Source: Bacteroidetes bacterium HGW-Bacteroidetes-16
Lineage (GTDB): Bacteria; Bacteroidota; Bacteroidia; Bacteroidales; F082
Length of the DNA: 64,000 bases
Direction: 5' to 3'
Assembly: GCA_002840975.1 (NCBI GenBank)
Contig: PHDN01000015.1
Coordinates: forward strand, 35,192-99,191
The notes under the pieces were generated by a model. It saw nothing but the letters and a program-made list of their open reading frames with translations. It had not been told where the DNA came from and did not search any database. Numbering within the stretch: the stretch's first letter is position 1; the number at the start of each line of letters is the position of its first letter. Shown here piece by piece: positions 48,669 through 57,597 of this stretch. The translations under genes and the position numbers were made by a program.

Positions 48669-50408
48669 CTACCTTTTTATCGATTTGCGATAAATCGATT
48701 TGTTTCCCACGTTGTCAGTCACCACCAGCTCAAAGGCATTTTCTCCAGGTTTCATCCTCTTGTCGATTTCGTAGAAAAGCAGGTTGTTTTTGGCGTCGTA
48801 TTCCATCAAAATCCATTGGCCATTCAACGTAGCACGATACGAACCAATACCAGTTTGATTGTCAACAATGCTTAGCTTGATTTTTGAAAGTGGCTTCCCG
48901 GCTTCGCTGGTAGCCATATTGATGGGCTTTATAACAGGAGGTTTCGTATCGACCAGAATGGTGTAAAAGCCAAGTTTTCTGATGGACGCTTCCATGCGGT
49001 CATGGTCCATTTTTCCTCCGGCAGAAGAGTAATATTTGTTGTTGGTGGAATAACCCAGATAGAGCTTTTCACGGTCGTAACGTGCCAATAAATCGGCATC
49101 GGGCAAGATACTGAGTGTAAGGTTTTTTTGAATGGGAACTCTGCTGTTGTGTAATTGAAATACCGGGTATAGTTTGGTTGAGTCAGGTTCAAGTTGTTTA
49201 AAATCGAAATAAAACGATTGATAAAACGCGTTGGCCGGAATAGACAATACCATCAGCTCATTTTTGATGGTGTAGGGAACATTGGCCTGGATGGGATAGG
49301 GTGTTTTTTTAATCTCCCTCCTAACAAATCGTGAGACAGCTGTATCTTCCTGTACCAAAAAGGGAAGTTGCGACAGGTTTCCGTACGCATCGCTGACCTG
49401 CCATGTGAGTTTGTGAACCATTGTGTCGCTAAAACAAAAGATGCCATTGGATAATACCTGATCGTAATTGAAAAGCAGGTTGTTGGTATCGATCTGGGTA
49501 CGAATATACCGTTTGTTGGTTTCAACAGAAGCGCCATAATCAATTAAACTGTTGATGTATCGTGCTGTGGAGAATGAAAGTTTGTCCAACATCAGACCGA
49601 AGATTTGAGTCGTGTCGTCCAATAGCATGACTTTAAAAACCCCGTTTTTATTGGGTATTTCGTTCATCAGATCATGGGCCACTATTCCAAACGATACCCG
49701 ACCAAAAACTTTGATCGTCCGCTGACTCTTTAATTTATGCTGGTCGCCCCAACCCGTCACCTCTAAGAAAGCGGTATCCTGTTTCCCGTTTACAAATGAG
49801 TTGGTATCCACAGGATAAACTGCTATTTCAAGAATTTGGGGTCGGTAAAAATCTTTTACCTTAATCGATGTAAACAACAGCGGGTTGAGCGAATATTGTG
49901 TAGCTTCATCCCTGATTTCAAAATGCAGGTGTGGTCCCATAGAACCTCCCGTATTTCCTGAATAGGCAACCAAATCACCTTTTTTAACAGGCAACTCATG
50001 CTCGTTTGGAAAAATTTCAACTTCAAAGCTTTCGCGGCTATATTGAATTTCTTTTACATAACTTTGGATGGAATCACCGTATCGTTGCAAGTGCCCGTAT
50101 ACCGAAACAAAGCCATTGGGATGTGTAATATAAAGGGCTTTCCCATAACCTCCGGGTGATATTTTTATCCGTGATACCCAGCCATCTTCAATCGCTCTTA
50201 CATTCTGTCCTTCTCTTCCTTGTGTTTTGATATCAATTCCGGCATGAAAATGATTGGGGCGCAATTCGCCAAAGGTGCCTGATAGATACAAGGGTATATC
50301 AAGCGGAGGTGCAAATGGCTCTGAATAAGTTTGTTGAGCCACCGGAATAAAAGGTGACAGGAAAAATAACAGGACAAGAAATTGGGTGGCAATAGGCTTT
50401 TTACTCAT
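48669..50408 (-). CDS. M23 family metallopeptidase (LytM/peptidoglycan DD-endopeptidase domain) with a long C-terminal extension
   Basis: 579 aa. Signal peptide. HxxxD and HxH motifs (HFHAGIDI ... GHLHFE). About 350 aa of unassigned beta-rich C-terminal sequence. Confidence 0.8.
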   Translation of the reverse strand: MSKKPIATQFLVLLFFLSPFIPVAQQTYSEPFAPPLDIPLYLSGTFGELRPNHFHAGIDIKTQGREGQNVRAIEDGWVSRIKISPGGYGKALYITHPNGFVSVYGHLQRYGDSIQSYVKEIQYSRESFEVEIFPNEHELPVKKGDLVAYSGNTGGSMGPHLHFEIRDEATQYSLNPLLFTSIKVKDFYRPQILEIAVYPVDTNSFVNGKQDTAFLEVTGWGDQHKLKSQRTIKVFGRVSFGIVAHDLMNEIPNKNGVFKVMLLDDTTQIFGLMLDKLSFSTARYINSLIDYGASVETNKRYIRTQIDTNNLLFNYDQVLSNGIFCFSDTMVHKLTWQVSDAYGNLSQLPFLVQEDTAVSRFVRREIKKTPYPIQANVPYTIKNELMVLSIPANAFYQSFYFDFKQLEPDSTKLYPVFQLHNSRVPIQKNLTLSILPDADLLARYDREKLYLGYSTNNKYYSSAGGKMDHDRMEASIRKLGFYTILVDTKPPVIKPINMATSEAGKPLSKIKLSIVDNQTGIGSYRATLNGQWILMEYDAKNNLLFYEIDKRMKPGENAFELVVTDNVGNKSIYRKSIKR

Positions 50409-50892
50409 CGAAAAGTGGGGTTAGTTCGCTCATGTGTTGTATTGTATAGTCAGCTTTTGGGAAAGAGCCTTTGAGACCCAACTCATTAAAAAAAACGGTA
50501 ACCATTCCGGCTTCTTTTGCACCCACAATGTCTTTATCATACAGGTTGCCAACCATCAGGCAGGTTTTCTGATCGTATCCGGAAAGGCGGGCAGTGCGAA
50601 TAAAAAATTCCGGATCGGGTTTTTTAACACCCAATTCTATGTGCGAATAAAAGTGATCAAAATAAACATCGGCACCAATTCGCTTTAGTGCTGCAATCAT
50701 GTCGGAGGTTTTGCTGTGATCGGCGCTGGTGGCAATAATACATGGATATTTTGAACTCAGGTACTTCAATGTAGTTTCAGCACCCGGAATCCAGTCGACT
50801 GATTCCCAAAGATACATGGGACCGGGGAGATTAAAATCACGCATCACCGTATCGCCCCAATCGAAAATGATTGCTTTTACCGAATTTTTCAT
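50401..50892 (-). CDS. HAD-superfamily hydrolase (subfamily IA-like)
   Basis: 163 aa. Motif I IIFDWGDTVM. Motif III/IV region LMVGNLYDKDIVGAKEAG. Overlaps the M23 gene start by 8 nt. Confidence 0.7.
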   Translation of the reverse strand: MKNSVKAIIFDWGDTVMRDFNLPGPMYLWESVDWIPGAETTLKYLSSKYPCIIATSADHSKTSDMIAALKRIGADVYFDHFYSHIELGVKKPDPEFFIRTARLSGYDQKTCLMVGNLYDKDIVGAKEAGMVTVFFNELGLKGSFPKADYTIQHMSELTPLFDE

Positions 50893-51017
50893 GAAGCAAA
50901 AGTAGTTGGATTATTCATATAGAATTAAACCGGGAGTTTAGTTTTAATTGACAATCTATCCGCTTTTCAAATCGTGCCCTTATGAAAAATCACTAAATTT
51001 GCCCAAAATGGATTTGC

Positions 51018-51362
51018 ATGAAATATACCGTATCTCTTCTTTCCTTTGTACTTGTTTTTAGCTTCCTGAACCTTGGTTGCAAAAAAACAGACGATGGTGA
51101 TGGAACAAAACCTGAAATAGTTGTCCTGGGTGCCAATCCCATGTTTTGGGCACTTAATTATCCCTATACGGATTTGGGTGCAAAAGCCTACGATGTGAGC
51201 TCAACAGGTGATACAACTGATTTAACCTTATTGATTGTCGTAGACAGCAATGTGGATGTAACTAAGGTAGGAGAGTATCAGGTGACCTACAATGTGAAGG
51301 ATGCAAGTGGCCTCGCCGCTGAAGAAAAAAGAAGACTTGTAAAAGTGGTGATTGGAAAATAG
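51018..51362 (+). CDS. Small lipoprotein with DUF5011/Ig-like domain
   Basis: 114 aa. Lipobox LNLGC. The segment VLGANPMFWALNYPYTDLGAKAYDVSSTGDTTDLT resembles DUF5011. Confidence 0.5.
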   Translation: MKYTVSLLSFVLVFSFLNLGCKKTDDGDGTKPEIVVLGANPMFWALNYPYTDLGAKAYDVSSTGDTTDLTLLIVVDSNVDVTKVGEYQVTYNVKDASGLAAEEKRRLVKVVIGK

Positions 51363-51385
51363 AAACCTGACAGAGCCGAACTTTC

Positions 51386-52300
51386 ATGACATCACAAACC
51401 CTGCAAAAGAAAAAAATACTCTTTATCGTAAATCCCAATTCCGGAAAAAAGAAAAGCGATTTACTTACGCAATCAATTCAAAAAGAAATAGATGTAAATA
51501 AATTCGATGTCGAAATCGTCTATACATCTTATGCCGGACATGCGGTGAAACTGAGCCGGCAGGCAGTGGAAGACAGAATAGATATTATTGTTGCCGCTGG
51601 CGGCGATGGCACCATCAACGAAGTGGCAGGTGAAATAATTGATAGAGAAACTGTTTTGGGTATTATCCCGATGGGTTCGGGCAATGGTCTCGCCCGCCAC
51701 CTGGGTATTCCACGCCAGATTGAGAAAGCGGTCCGGCTTATCAATCAATTTGATTTTACCAAAATAGACACCTGTTTTGTTAATCAGGTGCATTTTGTAA
51801 GCATTGCCGGAATTGGATTCGATGCCTTGGTGGCCAAACACTTCGCCCGGAATGAAAGGAGAGGGTTCATGGGTTATTTTAATGTGGTTGCAAACAAATA
51901 CCTGAAATACAAACCTAAGAAATATCAAATTGTGTTTGCTAACGGAAATAAACTTACCACAAGGGCCTTGTTTATCGCGTTTGCCAACTCCAATCAATTT
52001 GGATATAACACCACCATCGCACCGAATGCCCGGCTTACCGATGGGCTGATTGACGTATGTATTGTTAAGAAACCGATGCTGGTTTCGATTCCAATCATAG
52101 CCAATTTGCTGTTGTTGAACAAAATAAATCTTGCCAACGATGTGAATATCGTTCAAACACCTTATCTTAGCGTTACACAATCGCGCAACCGGGTGGTTAA
52201 TATTGATGGAGAACCCATCAGGATTGCAAAAAAATTAAATATTAAAATCAACCCCCTGTCGCTCAGGGTAATAATAAATAAGGAAGATGCCAAAATATAA
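51386..52300 (+). CDS. Diacylglycerol kinase catalytic-domain family lipid kinase (YegS/BmrU-like)
   Basis: 304 aa. Motifs ILFIVNPNSGKKKS and IVAAGGDGTINEVA. Confidence 0.8.
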   Translation: MTSQTLQKKKILFIVNPNSGKKKSDLLTQSIQKEIDVNKFDVEIVYTSYAGHAVKLSRQAVEDRIDIIVAAGGDGTINEVAGEIIDRETVLGIIPMGSGNGLARHLGIPRQIEKAVRLINQFDFTKIDTCFVNQVHFVSIAGIGFDALVAKHFARNERRGFMGYFNVVANKYLKYKPKKYQIVFANGNKLTTRALFIAFANSNQFGYNTTIAPNARLTDGLIDVCIVKKPMLVSIPIIANLLLLNKINLANDVNIVQTPYLSVTQSRNRVVNIDGEPIRIAKKLNIKINPLSLRVIINKEDAKI

Positions 52301-52619
52301 CGACTTTAACCTGGTTTTTTCAACCAATCCTGATTTGGTGTCACGGAGTGGTGACAAAGAAATGGTAGAAACAAAGCAGGCTAAACATCAGAACCTGATC
52401 GTCTCACTGGATAAAAAGCAACGCAGAGGAAAAAAAGTAACTTTGATCGAAGGATTTGTGGGCAATGAAAACGACCTGAAAGACCTTGGGAAAATATTGA
52501 AATCGAAATGTGGCGTCGGTGGTTCGGTCAAGGACAACCAAATCATTATCCAGGGCGACTTTAAGGAGAAAATTGCCGAAATACTCAAACAATCAGGTTA
52601 TAAAATAAAATTGAAATAA
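52287..52619 (+). CDS. SUI1/YciH-family translation initiation factor
   Basis: 110 aa. VSLDKKQRRGKKVTLIEGF and GVGGSVKDNQIIIQGD match the SUI1 fold. Confidence 0.8.
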   Translation: MPKYNDFNLVFSTNPDLVSRSGDKEMVETKQAKHQNLIVSLDKKQRRGKKVTLIEGFVGNENDLKDLGKILKSKCGVGGSVKDNQIIIQGDFKEKIAEILKQSGYKIKLK

Positions 52620-52630
52620 AAACAGAAGTC

Positions 52631-54034
52631 ATGCAGAAATACTTAAAATTTACAATCCTGTTGTGGATGTTGGCAATTTCCACAACAGCTTTTACTCAGA
52701 CAAAAAATGGAGTGCTGACCATGAACATGGTGAAACAAATCAGGGCCACCTTTGAGAATACAGCCGGTAATACCGCTTTAAAAAATGCCATTTCGAACAA
52801 CGACATAAAAAAGCTGGCGGTCAACCGTGAAAACGATGGTAAAGTCAACAATTTGTTTTCGAATAAGGTAACTACCAAAGGAATCGCCAACCAAAAATCA
52901 TCCGGACGTTGTTGGCTATTCACAGGACTAAATACTTTGAAACCAATGGTTCAGGAAAAATATAAACTGAATGATTTTGATTTCAGTCATACCTACAATT
53001 TTTTCTGGGACCAATTTGAGAAGGCCAACCTGTTTCTCGAAATTGCCATTGCCACGGCACAGAAACCGCTTGACGACCGGGAGGTGGAATGGCTTTTTAA
53101 GAACCCCATTGGTGATGGAGGGCAGTGGACGACCTTTGCCGACAATGTACAAAAATATGGTGTGGTACCGCAATCGGCGATGCCTGATACCTATCAAAGC
53201 GAGAACACCGCAATGATATCAAAGTTGCTTGCAAGAAAGTTGCGTGAAGATGGCTTGGAAATCAGGATGATCACCTTATCCCGAATGGCAGAGGAGAAAA
53301 AAACCGAAGCCAAATTCAACATGTTGGCCGATATCTACCGGATGCTCGCATTGAGTTTGGGTGAACCACCGCTGGACTTTGTTTGGCAATATATCGACGC
53401 CGATGGAAAAATCAGTGAGCCAAATACTTATACCCCGCAAGCATTTTATGATGAGATTATTGGTGTTAATTTGAAGGATTACGTCATGTTTATGAACGAC
53501 CCTACGCGTGAATACCATCAGTTATACGAAATTCAATACGACCGGAACCTGGTTGAAGGTGGCAACTGGAAGTATATCAACCTACCTAATGACGAGATCA
53601 AGGAGTTTGCTAAAGCATCTATCCTGGCCAGGGAAGCCATGTATTTTTCATGCGATGTCGGTAAACAACTCAATATTGAAGATGGAACATTGGATGTGAA
53701 CAACTATCAGTATAACAATCTGTTTGGAGTGGAATTTGGGATGGATAAAAGAGGGCGCATTCAAACCTTTGAAAGTGGATCAACACATGGCATGTCGTTG
53801 GTGGGGGCCAATATCCTTCAAGATGGTAAGGTGGATAAATGGCAGTTGGAAAACAGTTGGGGAGCCGACAAAGGCGACAAAGGTTATCTCACTATGACGG
53901 ATGCCTGGTTTAATGAGTTTATGTTTCGAATCATTATCAATAAAAAATATGTCGCCGAAAGTGTGTTGAAAATATTGGACCAAAAGCCCATTTTGCTTCC
54001 GCCATGGGATCCCATGTTTATGCCTGAACAATAA
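52631..54034 (+). CDS. pepC: C1B-family cysteine peptidase, aminopeptidase C / bleomycin hydrolase-like, with signal peptide
   Basis: 467 aa. Active-site Cys context NQKSSGRCWLFTGLN. His/Asn region near the C-terminus (HGMSLVG...NSWG). Confidence 0.8.
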   Translation: MQKYLKFTILLWMLAISTTAFTQTKNGVLTMNMVKQIRATFENTAGNTALKNAISNNDIKKLAVNRENDGKVNNLFSNKVTTKGIANQKSSGRCWLFTGLNTLKPMVQEKYKLNDFDFSHTYNFFWDQFEKANLFLEIAIATAQKPLDDREVEWLFKNPIGDGGQWTTFADNVQKYGVVPQSAMPDTYQSENTAMISKLLARKLREDGLEIRMITLSRMAEEKKTEAKFNMLADIYRMLALSLGEPPLDFVWQYIDADGKISEPNTYTPQAFYDEIIGVNLKDYVMFMNDPTREYHQLYEIQYDRNLVEGGNWKYINLPNDEIKEFAKASILAREAMYFSCDVGKQLNIEDGTLDVNNYQYNNLFGVEFGMDKRGRIQTFESGSTHGMSLVGANILQDGKVDKWQLENSWGADKGDKGYLTMTDAWFNEFMFRIIINKKYVAESVLKILDQKPILLPPWDPMFMPEQ

Positions 54035-54150
54035 ATATTTCTTAACGGCCAATCGGGTTTTAGAAACTTTATGTATCAAAATTTATCTTGTGTCAAAAAT
54101 CTTTTTACTTTAGCTTTTATTCAATTATCGTTAACTAACCTCATTTATCT

Positions 54151-54855
54151 ATGAACAACCGCACTATTCAAACCATTGGAACAATCATAAAAAAAGAACA
54201 GCTGGCATCAGTAGTGCACGACACCCGTAGTTCTGCTTTGATACTTGAATCATTGGAACCTTTTCCCGGTTATCATGGAACTACTATTCCCGACCGGCTT
54301 GAACCTGACTCATTATTCGTGGCAACTAAAATTATGTACAATGATGAACGCATTATTCGCGCCATTCAGGCTGTGAAAATGGTTTATCCCTTGCGTTTTG
54401 ATGCAGCACCCGGCACCATTAACTTTCAGAATAATCCGGTAAACGTGATTCGGTTTAAGTTTATTTCCTATCATGCCATTTCAGAATTAATTGAGTGTTT
54501 TAGGGAAACAGGAATCGAGTTTATGAAATCAAAAAAGGTAGCCCCTTACACTTCCATCATCAAAATTCGCAGACACTTCAAAATGAACGAAATCCAGGAA
54601 GGCATCTTCCGCGACGGCGATAACAATCAAACTTATTATATTCAGGTACCCGTACAATTGCGGTGGGTTACATTCGAGAAAATCACCATGCAATTGAAAT
54701 ACAACCTGGAGAACAATAATTTTGATGCTGCACAAACCAGTGTTTTTACTGAGTTTGGGTTATTGGATTTGGTGCGTATCTACGATCAGGATGCATCTCC
54801 CGGGAAGTTGCAGTTCATCAGAAACAATTATCTGGAAGCCATAAGCAAATTATAA
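54151..54855 (+). CDS. Hypothetical cytoplasmic protein, no recognisable domain
   Basis: 234 aa. No TM segment or signal peptide. Lies 8 nt upstream of the MscS-family gene on the same strand. Confidence 0.45.
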   Translation: MNNRTIQTIGTIIKKEQLASVVHDTRSSALILESLEPFPGYHGTTIPDRLEPDSLFVATKIMYNDERIIRAIQAVKMVYPLRFDAAPGTINFQNNPVNVIRFKFISYHAISELIECFRETGIEFMKSKKVAPYTSIIKIRRHFKMNEIQEGIFRDGDNNQTYYIQVPVQLRWVTFEKITMQLKYNLENNNFDAAQTSVFTEFGLLDLVRIYDQDASPGKLQFIRNNYLEAISKL

Positions 54856-54862
54856 ATAGGAG

Positions 54863-56146
54863 TTGATGATTTTTAGGGAAGAATTAGAGTGCATTCAAAG
54901 TCAGTCGGATCAGTTTTTACATGACATGGGATTTTCGGCCAACTCGACGGAGATTATCATGCAAACCGGTGGTTATATTGTACTTGGGCTGTTGGCTTAT
55001 TTATTTTATCGGTTGACGGTGATCGCTGTTAAAGCCATCGTAGTTCCAATTATTAACCGATCAAAAAACCGGCTCGATGATTTGCTGATTAAAAATAAAT
55101 TTTTTAAGAAATTATCGTTCCTGGTTCCCGCCTTGTGGATTTACTATATGGTTAAAAATCCATTCTTTACCTTCACGGAAACTTCGGATTTTTTTAGGGG
55201 ACTGATCACGGTATTTTTCTATTTTATTGCCGCTCTGGTCATCGATAGTGTGTTGAGTACCATCAATGACTATTATAACAAGTATTCTTTTGCCAAAGAG
55301 CATCCCATCGCCGGTCCCATACAGGTAATAAAGATTATCACCTACTTATTGGCACTTCTTGGTGTTATCGGCTATTTGCTCGAAAAAGACCTGAGCACTT
55401 TGTTATTTGGTTTGGGCACCATTTCAGCGGTACTCATGTTGATTTTCAAAGACCCGATCCTGGGCTTCGCCGGTGGTTTGCAGCTCACTTTTAATAAAAT
55501 GGTACGTATTGGCGATTGGATTACCATGAATAAATATGGTGCCGATGGTACAGTCATCGAAATAAATCTCACCACAGTTAAGGTACAGAACTTTGATAAA
55601 ACCATTATTACCATTCCTACCTATGGTATGGTGACCGATAGCTTTCAAAACTGGCGGGGTATGGAAGAATCAGGTGGTAGGCGCATCAAACGTTCTATCC
55701 TGGTTGATATGGATACTGTTAAGTTTTGCACTCCGAAGATGCTGGAACGATTTAAAAAGATTCAGATAATTGCCGATTATGTGAATAAACGGGAGATTGA
55801 AATTGCCGCTTATAACGAATCGTTGGGGACTGATCATTCCATTAAGGTAAATGGACGCCGTCAAACCAACCTTGGAGTCTTTCAGGCATACCTGAAAGCC
55901 TATCTGAATAGCCGTCCTGATATAAACACCGACATGACTTTTATCGTGAGGCAGTTGCAACCTACTGAAAAAGGGATACCTATCGAGATTTATGTGTTTA
56001 CAAATGTAACTGAATGGGTAGCTTATGAGGAAATTCAGGTATCCATTTTTGACCACATACTGGCCGCAATAACTGAATTTGAGTTGCGGGTTTTTCAATA
56101 TCCAAGCAGCTTTAGCGGAATTCGGATACCCCCGGTCGAAGGGTAA
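54863..56146 (+). CDS. Mechanosensitive ion channel family protein (MscS-like)
   Basis: 427 aa. N-terminal TM helices. MscS beta domain VKVQNFDKTIITIPTYGMVTDSFQNW. Confidence 0.75.
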   Translation: MMIFREELECIQSQSDQFLHDMGFSANSTEIIMQTGGYIVLGLLAYLFYRLTVIAVKAIVVPIINRSKNRLDDLLIKNKFFKKLSFLVPALWIYYMVKNPFFTFTETSDFFRGLITVFFYFIAALVIDSVLSTINDYYNKYSFAKEHPIAGPIQVIKIITYLLALLGVIGYLLEKDLSTLLFGLGTISAVLMLIFKDPILGFAGGLQLTFNKMVRIGDWITMNKYGADGTVIEINLTTVKVQNFDKTIITIPTYGMVTDSFQNWRGMEESGGRRIKRSILVDMDTVKFCTPKMLERFKKIQIIADYVNKREIEIAAYNESLGTDHSIKVNGRRQTNLGVFQAYLKAYLNSRPDINTDMTFIVRQLQPTEKGIPIEIYVFTNVTEWVAYEEIQVSIFDHILAAITEFELRVFQYPSSFSGIRIPPVEG

Positions 56147-56188
56147 GAGTGTGAATCGTTTCAGCAGCGATTTCTAAATGATAAAAAC

Positions 56189-57004
56189 ATGAAAAAGGAG
56201 AAAAATCATTTTGATGAAGATGGGCTGTTAAAAGAGAGTTACTACGAAAAGGAATACGCCAAACTTTGCATCAAACTGGTTAAAATGCAGGAATGGATTA
56301 AAGCCAAAGGCCTGAAAGTAGTTGTGATATTTGAAGGCCGTGATGCAGCAGGAAAAGGAGGGGTGATTAATCGGATTACCGAGCCGATGAACCCCAGGAT
56401 ATGCAGAGTGGTTGCATTAGGCACACCTACCGAAAAAGAAAAAACCCAATGGTATTTTCAACGATATGTCGCCCATTTGCCCGCCGCAGGAGAAATGGTA
56501 TTGTTCGACCGTTCGTGGTACAACAGGGGAGGGGTAGAATATGTGATGGGCTTTTGTACACAGAGCGAATATTGGGAATTTTTGCGTTCTTGCTCCAATT
56601 TTGAACAAATGCTCATCCGTTCCGGAATCATCCTGATCAAATTATGGTTTTCGGTGAGTAGTGAGGAACAGGAAAAACGCTTTCAATCACGACTGAATGA
56701 TCCGACAAAAAGGTGGAAATTAAGCCCCATGGACTTGAAATCACGTGAACTTTGGGTGGAATACTCAAAAGCAAAAGATACCATGTTCGACTATACCGAC
56801 ACGAAAATATCTCCCTGGTATGATGTGCCAGCTGATGATAAAAGGAAGGCCAGACTGAATACCATCAGGCACCTGTTAAATAAAATCCCCTATCACGACC
56901 TGCCCCAGGAGGAAATCGAACTTAAACCAAGACGACCTGATGAAGAGTATACACGTCCTCCATTGGATGAACAGAACTTTGTGAAGGATTACTATAAAAG
57001 TTAG
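56189..57004 (+). CDS. Polyphosphate kinase 2 (PPK2) family protein
   Basis: 271 aa. Walker A motif FEGRDAAGKGG. PPK2 motif FDRSWYNR. Confidence 0.85.
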   Translation: MKKEKNHFDEDGLLKESYYEKEYAKLCIKLVKMQEWIKAKGLKVVVIFEGRDAAGKGGVINRITEPMNPRICRVVALGTPTEKEKTQWYFQRYVAHLPAAGEMVLFDRSWYNRGGVEYVMGFCTQSEYWEFLRSCSNFEQMLIRSGIILIKLWFSVSSEEQEKRFQSRLNDPTKRWKLSPMDLKSRELWVEYSKAKDTMFDYTDTKISPWYDVPADDKRKARLNTIRHLLNKIPYHDLPQEEIELKPRRPDEEYTRPPLDEQNFVKDYYKS

Positions 57005-57043
57005 CAGGTACCACTGTCGTGTGCAGAGGCAACGAGTGAATTT

Positions 57044-57565
57044 TCAGATATTTTTTAACAAATAGACATCTTTCAGGTGTTTTTGAGCCACTTCAAATGC
57101 ATCCAGGCCCTTGTCTGCTTGCAGCATGATGGTGTTTTCGATGGGATGTTGCCGGCAGTATTTCTGGTGGCTGCCCCAGATATGTTCCACATACCAATCG
57201 GGTTCTTTTCCCCACCTGATATCTTTGTTTTTCCTTGATAAAAACTCCTCTTTGCTGAGTGTGAGGAAGAGTTTTACGTCCATCAGCTTGTTGAGTCTTT
57301 CATCCTGAAAGGCAAAGATACCCTCCAGTATCACCAGCTCATGAAGGTTGATTTGTTTCAGTGCTTCTTTGTAAAATCGATCAAAATCAATGGAATAGGT
57401 GCATTCCCAGTCGGTGTGACCGTTAATTTTAGGAATTTCACTGGTTGGGAAAGCGAAATCGTCCTGACAAAGACAAACCACATCTACTTCGTGGAACACT
57501 TTTTTTAGATTTCTTGCTAAGGTAGATTTTCCGGCATTGCTAACGCCTCCTATTCCGATAACCAT
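57044..57565 (-). CDS. Nicotinamide-riboside-kinase-like P-loop kinase (NRK/uridine kinase family)
   Basis: 173 aa. IGIGGVSNAGKSTLARNLKKVF...VVCLCQDDFAFP parallels the N-terminus of eukaryotic NRK1 and NadR kinase domains. Confidence 0.55.
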   Translation of the reverse strand: MVIGIGGVSNAGKSTLARNLKKVFHEVDVVCLCQDDFAFPTSEIPKINGHTDWECTYSIDFDRFYKEALKQINLHELVILEGIFAFQDERLNKLMDVKLFLTLSKEEFLSRKNKDIRWGKEPDWYVEHIWGSHQKYCRQHPIENTIMLQADKGLDAFEVAQKHLKDVYLLKNI

Positions 57566-57585
57566 GAGGTTGTTTTAATTTGGCG

Positions 57586-57593
57586 CAAAAATA
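57586..57593 (-). promoter_or_regulatory. Candidate -7 box (TAttTTTG on minus) for the NRK-like kinase gene
   Basis: The + strand reads caaaaata 21 nt upstream of the start. It is embedded in a 15-mer gcaaaaatagggatt shared with the promoter at 62650. Confidence 0.35.
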
Positions 57594-57597
57594 GGGA

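Noticed and set aside
51473-52180. 235-aa minus-strand ORF
   Set aside because: It is entirely antisense to the well-supported diacylglycerol-kinase-family gene. It has no motifs and is judged spurious.
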